Shown here one piece after another: positions 1 through 7,530 of a DNA stretch of 50,759 nt. The notes below the pieces were generated by a model, which searched no databases, was not told the DNA's origin, and saw only the letters and a program-made list of their open reading frames with translations. The DNA is from Bacteroidia bacterium. Lineage in GTDB: Bacteria; Bacteroidota; Bacteroidia; Bacteroidales; VadinHA17. The translations under genes and the position numbers were made by a program. Position 1 is the stretch's first letter; each line of letters opens with the position of its first letter. The stretch covers positions 1 to 50,759 of the forward strand of contig JAPLDX010000121.1 of assembly GCA_026391215.1 (NCBI GenBank), read 5' to 3'.

Positions 1-131
1 CTCTAATTAAGAATCGATACTTCTGAAGATAGTTTCTTGTAAGAGTCAGATTACTTGTATTATCTCTCATAGACTAAATATTCATTTTAAGTATAAAGTA
101 AATATTGTCTACGAATTATCTAACATTTACA
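1..131 (-). mobile_element. Left end and transposase 5' end of a probable IS481-like (integrase core domain) insertion sequence, truncated by the window edge
   Basis: Minus-strand ATG at 70 reads MRDNTSNLTLTRNYLQKYRFLIR and runs off the edge. From memory this resembles the N-terminus of Bacteroidota integrase-core transposases (…LERNYLQKYRFLI…). Upstream, the minus strand reads TGTAAATGTTAGATAATTCGTAGACA from 131, and 5'-TGT is the terminus typical of IS481 inverted repeats. Confidence 0.6.
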
Positions 132-210
132 ATTCCGAGCGCAGCGAGGAATCTCACTCGTCATGTTACCACACTATTTTCTTTTCATTCCGAGCGCAGC
201 GAGGAATCTC
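132..210. repeat. Two tandem copies of the REP-like unit ATTCCGAGCGCAGCGAGGAATCTC
   Basis: Identical 24-mers at 132-155 and 187-210. A related inverted copy (GAGATTCCTCGCTAACGCTCGGAATT) lies at 12348-12373. Confidence 0.85.
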
Positions 211-228
211 CATGCCTATTACCACGCA

Positions 229-1887
229 TTACTTACCAGTCATATTCAATACAGCGACATAGTAATCCGGATCAACCGTTATAACCGCATTGGTGACCCC
301 AAGCTTCAAAGTTGTGAACCTGGATGTCGGAGAAATGTTCTTTGGCTCTCTGTTGATATAAATCCTGAGCGGCATGTCAAATCCCTGCACGCAGTTGTTC
401 CACCTGTAGGAAAGCTCCTCTCCCCTGATAAAATATTCAAAAACAGGTATTCTTGTATCCCTGAGATACTGGTCAAAGACAGGTTTCAGATTCATGCCTG
501 CCTTTTCACTTATATAATTTTCTATCTGTGAGCCTTTTACAACCTGGTGATAAAAATTCTCATTAAGACCGCGGAGTATGCTCCTCCATTTCTCATCATC
601 ATTGATAATCTGCCTGATGGTGTGCAGCATGCTCCCGCCCTTGTAGTACATATCTCCCGATCCTGAAAAATTGACATTGTATATTCCCGTTATGGGTCTG
701 TCATTCCTGATGTTCTGACGGCTGCCCAGCACATATTCGGCTCCGGCATCTTTCCCGTAGTGGTATTCAACATAAAGACATTCGGAATAATTTCCAAAAC
801 TCTCATGGACCCACATGTCAGCTGCATCTTCAAATGTGATATTATTTGCAAACCATTCATGTGCTGATTCATGAATTATGATAAAGTCAAATTTGTCACC
901 CCACCCTGAACCGCTTACATCTCTTCCAAGGTATCCGTTCTGATATCCGTTGCCGTAGGTCACAGAACTCTGGTGCTCCATCCCGAGATACGGCGCCTCA
1001 ACCAGCTTATACCCGTCCTCGTAAAAAGGATATGGCCCGAACCAGTGCTCGAAAGCTGAAAGCATCATTGTCGCCTGCTTGAAATGAACTTTCGCCTTTT
1101 CCAGATTCTCCTTAAGGACATAGTAATCACAATCGAGCCTGCCCTTTTCGCCATTGAATACTTCTGAAAAGTGAGCATAATCGGCAATATTGATATTAAC
1201 TCCATAATTATTTATAGGATTGGCCACGAACCAGTTATAGGTTGTTGTTTTATTCTTTCTGTTTTTTACGATACTCCTCAGCCTTCCATTGGATACATCC
1301 ATAAGATTTGAAGGTACATTCACACTTATAAGCATGCTGTCGGGTTCATCATACATATGGTCCTTGCACGGCCACCACAGGCTGGCTCCATCGCCCTGGC
1401 ATGAAGAGGCAATAAAAGGAAGTCCGTTTTTGTCTTTCTTCCAGGTGATTCCCCCAACCCATGGCGGCCTGACAGAAACTTTTGGCTTCCCGCTATAGCT
1501 TAATATTACCGAATATATCTTCCCCTGCTCCTGCTTTTCAGCCATGCGTATCCAGAAAACATTTCCTTCACGGGAATAGCTGAGCAGCTTCCCGTTTTGT
1601 TCAGCCCTGGTAATATTCATAGGTTCCTGGAGATCGATCTGCATTACTTCAGAAGATTCTTTAACCCTGTATGTGACAGTATTGGTCCCTGATATAGTGC
1701 TATCGGAAGGCTTAACAACTATATCAAGATGATAAAAGGTAAGATCCCACCAGGCTCGTTCAGGAGTAATTGATCCCCGAAGAGTATCCTGTCTGGTAAA
1801 ATGCCTTACGGTTGGAGCTATGAACTGGGAATTCAGAATTCCGCAAAAGAATATTATTGCAAAACATGTGAGGTAGCATCTTTTCAT
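229..1887 (-). CDS. M1 family zinc aminopeptidase, secreted
   Basis: 552 aa with a signal peptide, LGMEH (GAMEN-like exopeptidase motif), HESAHEW zinc motif with downstream WVHES Glu, and YYKG catalytic Tyr region. Confidence 0.93.
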   Translation of the reverse strand: MKRCYLTCFAIIFFCGILNSQFIAPTVRHFTRQDTLRGSITPERAWWDLTFYHLDIVVKPSDSTISGTNTVTYRVKESSEVMQIDLQEPMNITRAEQNGKLLSYSREGNVFWIRMAEKQEQGKIYSVILSYSGKPKVSVRPPWVGGITWKKDKNGLPFIASSCQGDGASLWWPCKDHMYDEPDSMLISVNVPSNLMDVSNGRLRSIVKNRKNKTTTYNWFVANPINNYGVNINIADYAHFSEVFNGEKGRLDCDYYVLKENLEKAKVHFKQATMMLSAFEHWFGPYPFYEDGYKLVEAPYLGMEHQSSVTYGNGYQNGYLGRDVSGSGWGDKFDFIIIHESAHEWFANNITFEDAADMWVHESFGNYSECLYVEYHYGKDAGAEYVLGSRQNIRNDRPITGIYNVNFSGSGDMYYKGGSMLHTIRQIINDDEKWRSILRGLNENFYHQVVKGSQIENYISEKAGMNLKPVFDQYLRDTRIPVFEYFIRGEELSYRWNNCVQGFDMPLRIYINREPKNISPTSRFTTLKLGVTNAVITVDPDYYVAVLNMTGK

Positions 1888-1944
1888 TTCACCTGAATTT
1901 AAAAACAGTAGTGTAAATGTACGAAACCGGATGATAAATCATGC

Positions 1945-2144
1945 AATCGTTCGATCGTTCGATCGTTTGATCGTGTGATCGTTTGATCGTTTGATCGTGT
2001 GATCGTTTGATCGTGTGATCGTGTGATCGTGTGATCGTGTGATCGTGTGATCGTGTGATCGTTTGATCGTTTGATCGTTTGATCGTGTGATCGTGTGATC
2101 GTTTGATCGTGTGATCGTGTGATCGTTTGATCGTTTGATCGTTA
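1945..2144. repeat. Tandem 8-bp array GATCGT(G/T)T: 24 GATC-containing units plus one degenerate unit
   Basis: Units counted from 1953 to 2144: 12x GATCGTGT, 10x GATCGTTT, 1x GATCGTTC and 1x GATCGTTA. A degenerate AATCGTTC sits at 1945. Confidence 0.97.
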
Positions 2145-2208
2145 ACCATCGAACCATCGAACCTTCAAACCATCGAACCATCGAACCTTCAAACCATCTT
2201 ACCATCAA
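2145..2208. repeat. Second 8-bp array (ACCATCGA/ACCTTCAA), inverted relative to the first and overlapping the RM stop codon
   Basis: (ACCATCGA ACCATCGA ACCTTCAA)x2, then ACCATCTT ACCATCAA. GAACCATC differs by one base from GAACGATC, the reverse complement of GATCGTTC. Confidence 0.9.
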
Positions 2209-5200
2209 CTATCTTAATTTCCTCCTCCGTCAACCCGTACATCTCATACACCAGACGGTCAATCTCGGATTCAAGAGAGGTGGTGTCGTAACTACTTTCT
2301 AATATTTTTTGGTTTAATATTATGTCAACAATTGTTGAGATTTTACTCATTATTGTTGAATCAGATAAAGCAATTGGCAATTGTTTTACTTGGACAATTC
2401 TAATTTTTGGAAAAACATCAGTTTCTGCCTTAAACTTCTTAGTATAAACATACTGAAGAAGTCTACTATTAAGAATTCCAAGAAGATACTTAAGATCTAT
2501 TTTATTCAAATCTGATTTAATTGAGTATAGGCTACGGTTAGATATAATTTTTTCATATAAAAAAGTCGCAGATATATTAGATCCAGTTTCTCGAATAACT
2601 AATCGATTACCAGAAAAATAATTCTCATCCTTTTTAAATAGATTAAATACCTGTCCGGAGATATACTTATCAATAGTATAATAGTATCTGCCGATATCTT
2701 CACCAGTTAGTACCGGAATTGTTCCTTCTTTTAAGGTTTTATCTTTACCTATCTCAATACCACGGTGAATTTCCACTAACTCTTTAAGTTGAACCGAATT
2801 CGTTGAGATTTTAATAATTAATGGATCTAAATCTAATATATTTTCCCAGGTAATAAATTTATCAGTTAAAGACTTCTTCAAAAATGAAATAGCAGTTGGC
2901 ATCTGCACATCAATGAAGACACCATCTCCAAGATTATCTATTTTAAGGATAGTGTAGTTTAGTAAGAAAGATCTCAAATCGTCATATTTAACACCTTTAA
3001 GGAATAACGAAGGTGTAATTAAACCAATTTGATATGAATTCTTAACTATTAATAAGGCAAGTTCTATAAAATAACAATAAAGGTCTGAACATCGTTGTGT
3101 TTTATAATCTCTATATATTGAATTATCCACAACTACATATGGTGGATTCCCTATCACCACATCAAATCCAACAAAATCACCATCATTATTCAGAACCTCA
3201 GGGAACTCAAACCGCCATTCAAAGGCGTTCTCATAAATTTTGTTGCTCTTTATTTCCGCAATCTCTGTATCAACCTTCTGCATCTCCTCTGTCAGCTTCT
3301 TTACCTTTTTGTTCCACTCATACTTCTCTTTTTTCGATTTGTCAAATAGTATTCCCTGGTCGGTCAGTCCGGCGAGCTCTCCCGTCATCCTGTAAAGCTT
3401 CATGAACCGTTTGTCGTTCTTTGCAACTTCCGTTTCGAACTGGCTCTTTATTTTTTCAATAAGCTCCTCCATGTTCCGCTTCACCTCTTTCGTGGGTGCA
3501 TTTCGATAGGTCATAATGGCTTCACGGTAGTTATCTACATTCCACCGGGCCGATTTAAGGGCGCTCTTAATGTCGGCATCAAGAGGATAGCGGCTGATCA
3601 GGGAGTTGCCGCACTTGATGTTGATGTCAATGTTGGGTAAAGTTTCGAGTTGCTGGTTGCTGGTTGCTGGTTGGACCCCCTTGGGGGTTAGGGGTGTGGG
3701 ATGGCGGTTGCTGATGACTTGTTGCCGGTAATAGGCGTTCTTGAGTAATTCGATCCAGAGGCGGAGGCGGCATATCTTTACCGAGTTCGGATTTATATCC
3801 ACGCCGAAGAGGCAGTTCTCGATAATGATCTCCTTCTCCCTGAAGAGTGTCTCCTGGACTCGCTGGCTCTCCTTATTTTTCGGGTTATACTCAAAGAATT
3901 CCCCGTCGGGACCGGTGATCACCAGCTCGTCGTTGATCACTTCAACATTATAATCTTTCAATCTTTTATCTTCCCTGTCGGCCAGTATCCCAAGCTCCGA
4001 TTTAATTGCAATTATCTCATTCAGAGCCGATACCAGGAAGTGCCCCGAGCCCACCGCAGGGTCGCAGATCTTCAGCGAATTGACTATCCTGTTTGCTTCC
4101 TTTATATCGGTTATCTTATTGTAAACATTGTTAATTGTTTCACAGCTCCATCCTTTTGCCTCATTGAATTTCTGCACCACTGCTCTTGTTATCGTCTCGT
4201 GGCACATATACATGGTAATGAATCCGGGGGTAAAGAATGAGCCGTCCTTATAGCCGTTTATCTTTTCGAAGATCAGTCCCAGAACCGAGGCGTTAATAAG
4301 AATTTTATTCTCTTCCTGGATCTCTTCCGATCCTTCGCCGGAAAAGTCGTAAGCATCGAGGAATCTGAACAGGTATTCCAGGGCGCTCATCCCGCCCGTG
4401 AGCTTTTTACCTGTACTGTTTTTCAGAACAGTGTTCCCCGGCAAAGGGATGGCAAGGTTATCTTCAAGGCTGCTGATCCTGATGGTATTGTGCTCAAGCT
4501 CCGATGGTTCGAAAAGGGAGCTGTTCAGGAACGGAATTTTTGAATATTTCTGCTTCACTCCGGTTCCCCTCTCCTCCTCTTTGACTGCCAGCACCTGAAA
4601 GAAGAGCCGGTTAAGCTCATCGTAACCGGCAATTACCTCTCTGTTCAGGAACCTGAATGATCTGTCGCCGCTGTTATATTTCACAAGCTGGCTCTCGAGA
4701 AGCTTCATGAAAAGGATCCGGTTTATCCAGGTCAGAGAGAGCTCCAGCGCTGCATTATAGAGCTGCTCATCAGCTGTGGTCCCATAGTCGGACCATTTAG
4801 TCAGTCCTGCCAGGCAATCTTCATGCTTCAGGATGTTAATAGCATTTTCTATCAGCGAGCCCTGGTCTCTTTTCCCTTCTATTTTCCTTCCTATCAGTTT
4901 TTTGCTTCCCTCTTTTGTCTCTTCAAGCCCTATAATATGAAGCAGCTCCGAATAGAATGATCTGTCGAGCGAGTTGCTGTCGTTCGAAAAGGAGAGATTA
5001 AGAAGATGCTCAGGCGTGAAGATCTTATAAAGAGCAATAAGCTTATTATCGTCGGGCCTGTCGGTATTCCTGATAATATCCTCGTACTCCCTGATATCGA
5101 AATGTGTAACATCAATTTTTGCATCAGTCTCATTTACAAACTGTTCTGCAACACTTTTATAAAAGAAATCAGTGGCGTTACCGGCGAGACGGTCATCTTC

Positions 5201-5707
5201 AAAATCGTCAAAATCCTTTTTAAGGGTTTTGCTGTTTGCAAAAATCTTCTCAAAGTCATTTGATGAGAATATGAACCATTCGTAAATATTTGTAATTATG
5301 AGGTGTTTTATATTAATGTTTTTCTCATTGAATCTCTCGCGCAGGTAATAGAGTATCAGCTCGCTGAATGCTTTTGAGTTCGGATTATCCTTTTCAGGCA
5401 TTTCAGATCCGGCGCCGGGTTTTTTGAGTTCGAAAAGGACACCCACCGGAGATGAAGGATCTTTCCCGGTATGTATTACCAGATCTGCACGGCCTCTTGT
5501 ATTTATGAAATGACCCTGTGAATAATAAGTATTCTTGAGAAAATCAGATAAAAGGTTCTTATGGAATTCTTCAGACTCCGATTCATTAATATTGTTTAGC
5601 AGCTTAACAATATTCTCCTTGAACGTTTCGATCTGTGAACGGTTTGGCCTGACTTTCAGGAAAGCTTTATTCAGGGATTTACGGATATCGGAAATATTGA
5701 CCTGCAT
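2189..5707 (-). CDS. Type IIG restriction-modification enzyme (fused endonuclease and N6-adenine methyltransferase, Eco57I-like, with a TaqI-like C-terminal specificity domain)
   Basis: N-terminal PD-(D/E)xK-like GRADLVIH…LFELKKP; motif I ICDPAVGSGHFL; FGVDIN; motif IV VIGNPPY; C-terminal KYLLGILNS and EIDRLVYEMYGLTEEEI. Start placed at MQVN (5707). Confidence 0.93.
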   Translation of the reverse strand: MQVNISDIRKSLNKAFLKVRPNRSQIETFKENIVKLLNNINESESEEFHKNLLSDFLKNTYYSQGHFINTRGRADLVIHTGKDPSSPVGVLFELKKPGAGSEMPEKDNPNSKAFSELILYYLRERFNEKNINIKHLIITNIYEWFIFSSNDFEKIFANSKTLKKDFDDFEDDRLAGNATDFFYKSVAEQFVNETDAKIDVTHFDIREYEDIIRNTDRPDDNKLIALYKIFTPEHLLNLSFSNDSNSLDRSFYSELLHIIGLEETKEGSKKLIGRKIEGKRDQGSLIENAINILKHEDCLAGLTKWSDYGTTADEQLYNAALELSLTWINRILFMKLLESQLVKYNSGDRSFRFLNREVIAGYDELNRLFFQVLAVKEEERGTGVKQKYSKIPFLNSSLFEPSELEHNTIRISSLEDNLAIPLPGNTVLKNSTGKKLTGGMSALEYLFRFLDAYDFSGEGSEEIQEENKILINASVLGLIFEKINGYKDGSFFTPGFITMYMCHETITRAVVQKFNEAKGWSCETINNVYNKITDIKEANRIVNSLKICDPAVGSGHFLVSALNEIIAIKSELGILADREDKRLKDYNVEVINDELVITGPDGEFFEYNPKNKESQRVQETLFREKEIIIENCLFGVDINPNSVKICRLRLWIELLKNAYYRQQVISNRHPTPLTPKGVQPATSNQQLETLPNIDINIKCGNSLISRYPLDADIKSALKSARWNVDNYREAIMTYRNAPTKEVKRNMEELIEKIKSQFETEVAKNDKRFMKLYRMTGELAGLTDQGILFDKSKKEKYEWNKKVKKLTEEMQKVDTEIAEIKSNKIYENAFEWRFEFPEVLNNDGDFVGFDVVIGNPPYVVVDNSIYRDYKTQRCSDLYCYFIELALLIVKNSYQIGLITPSLFLKGVKYDDLRSFLLNYTILKIDNLGDGVFIDVQMPTAISFLKKSLTDKFITWENILDLDPLIIKISTNSVQLKELVEIHRGIEIGKDKTLKEGTIPVLTGEDIGRYYYTIDKYISGQVFNLFKKDENYFSGNRLVIRETGSNISATFLYEKIISNRSLYSIKSDLNKIDLKYLLGILNSRLLQYVYTKKFKAETDVFPKIRIVQVKQLPIALSDSTIMSKISTIVDIILNQKILESSYDTTSLESEIDRLVYEMYGLTEEEIKIVDGKMV
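3649..3727. repeat. In-frame repeat insertion within the RM gene: (GTTGCTG)x3 plus a G/C-run palindrome
   Basis: GTTGCTG x3 at 3649-3669, then ACCCCCTTGGGGGTTAGGGGTGTGGG, then degenerate GTTGCTG/GTTGCCG. Encodes QQVISNRHPTPLTPKGVQPATSNQQ. Confidence 0.75.
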
Positions 5708-5807
5708 TGACTGACTTTGTTTGAGACTTAAAATTAAGAAATTAGAGCCCACGAACAAAATTGAAATAACAAAATATACTGATTATATAGTATTTTTGAG
5801 CTGCATA

Positions 5808-7445
5808 ATGAAAATTAGATTTTATCTCCTGGTTTTACTTCTTCCCTGGTGGTTGAATAACATTGCTGCTCAGAATGTAAATCATTTGGAAACCAGGGAA
5901 AACCTTTCATCCAACCTGCCCTTAGTAGTCATCAATACACTGCCGGGAGAAACAATTATAGATGAACCAAAAATAACTGCCGATATGAAGGTCATTTATA
6001 ACGGGAGTAACTCATTGAATTATGTCACTGATCCCGGAAATATATATTCCGGAAAAATAGGTATTGAGATCAGGGGCAGGTACTCGGCCTCACTTCCCCA
6101 GAAACCTTATGGCATAGAAACACGTGATCTTGCCGGCAATAATCTTGATACATCAATACTGGGACTGCCTTCAGAAAACGACTGGATATTGCTGGCCAAT
6201 TACAATGACAAAACCTTCCTTCGTAATTTTCTTGCTTTTGAGATCTTCAGGGAAATGGGGCATTATGCACCCCGGTCAAGGTACTGTGAGGTGGTTGTGA
6301 ATGACGAATATCAGGGGATATATCTTCTGACCGAAAAAATCAAGGTTGATGACAACCGCGTAGATGTTGCAGATCTTAATCCCGATGAAAATACCGGAGA
6401 TGATATTACCGGCGGCTATATTTTTAAAAATGATTACTATACTGCTGACGACAGCTGGCTCAGTAATTATTCACCAATGAATAAACCCGGTGCAGACGTA
6501 CATTTTGTTTATTACGATCCCAAACCTGCTGAATTGACACTTCAGCAAAAGAATTATCTGAAGGATTACGTCAATACATTTGAAACCACGCTTTACAGTC
6601 CTGATTTCTATGACCGGCAGACCGGCTACAGGGCTTATCTTGATGTCAACTCCTTTGTTGATTATTTTATTTTAGGAGAGATAACAAGAAATGTTGATAC
6701 ATATAAGAAGAGCCGGTTTTATTATAAGGACAAAGACAGTAACGATGATCGGATCCATTCAGGTCCTGTCTGGGATTTCGACTGGGCATGGAAGAACATT
6801 ACTGAAAATTGTATTCATTTCAACCGGACCGACGGATACGGATGGGCTTATAAAATAAATGAATGTGCTGCATGGCCGGTTCCTCCTTCCTGGGAAATAC
6901 GGCTTATGCAGGACAGGAACTTCGTTAATGAAATTCATGATAAATATTATATCCTCAGAAAAAATATCCTTAGTCAGTCACATATTAATCATATTATTGA
7001 CTCAGTTGCAGCATTACTTGACATGGCCCAGATTCGTCATTATGAGAAATGGAAGATACTTGGCATAAATGTCGGGACACCTGAATCAGGAGAACAACCT
7101 CTGACTTACAGCGGGGAGATACAAAAATTTAAAAACTGGATCAGCACGCGGCTTGCCTGGCTCGATGCAAATATGGTAGGCAGATCATTTGCAAAGGAGG
7201 GTGGTCACAAGCCCATATGCCGGATTTATCCGAATCCTGTCGGTGAAAACCTATATATCCAGTCTGACACAACTATCAGTAAAGTAGTACTGTATAATTA
7301 TTCCGGTATTCCTGTCGGAAAAATAACTGACTGCAATGATTATAATGTAAAAATGAACCTGTCTCATATAGGTCCGGGATTTTATATAACACGTATTTAC
7401 TTTACAAATGGTGAAGTAATAGTGAGAAAACTGATAAAAAATTGA
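5808..7445 (+). CDS. CotH kinase family protein with a T9SS type A C-terminal sorting domain
   Basis: Signal peptide; IEIRGRYS, QKPY, DWILLANYNDKT, YQGIYLLTEK, NVD and GPVWDFD CotH motifs; C-terminal IYPNPV…PGFYI…RKLIKN. Start at ATG 5808, just after TATTTTTG (5791-5798). Confidence 0.92.
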   Translation: MKIRFYLLVLLLPWWLNNIAAQNVNHLETRENLSSNLPLVVINTLPGETIIDEPKITADMKVIYNGSNSLNYVTDPGNIYSGKIGIEIRGRYSASLPQKPYGIETRDLAGNNLDTSILGLPSENDWILLANYNDKTFLRNFLAFEIFREMGHYAPRSRYCEVVVNDEYQGIYLLTEKIKVDDNRVDVADLNPDENTGDDITGGYIFKNDYYTADDSWLSNYSPMNKPGADVHFVYYDPKPAELTLQQKNYLKDYVNTFETTLYSPDFYDRQTGYRAYLDVNSFVDYFILGEITRNVDTYKKSRFYYKDKDSNDDRIHSGPVWDFDWAWKNITENCIHFNRTDGYGWAYKINECAAWPVPPSWEIRLMQDRNFVNEIHDKYYILRKNILSQSHINHIIDSVAALLDMAQIRHYEKWKILGINVGTPESGEQPLTYSGEIQKFKNWISTRLAWLDANMVGRSFAKEGGHKPICRIYPNPVGENLYIQSDTTISKVVLYNYSGIPVGKITDCNDYNVKMNLSHIGPGFYITRIYFTNGEVIVRKLIKN

Positions 7446-7530
7446 TATTTCATTATTAATTATGACTTTCAAATTCTAAAATTCCATCCAATTATTATAA
7501 CTTGAAAAAAAATCCCAAACTATTTGTATC

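Noticed and set aside
132-210. Possible mini-CRISPR (24-bp repeat, 31-bp spacer)
   Set aside because: Only two units, no cas genes, and an inverted dispersed copy at 12348; this fits a REP family.
1912-1920. TGTAAATGT matching the putative IS end, suggesting a composite transposon around the peptidase
   Set aside because: Only 9 bp match and the rest of the end is absent; the site is equally explained as a -7-like promoter motif.
1939-2208. 89-aa ORF through the octamer arrays
   Set aside because: Purely repeat-derived and overlapping the RM 3' end; no independent coding evidence.
3123-3131. DnaA box TTATCCACA
   Set aside because: A single box inside a CDS. No box cluster was seen here or upstream of dnaN, so there is no oriC call.
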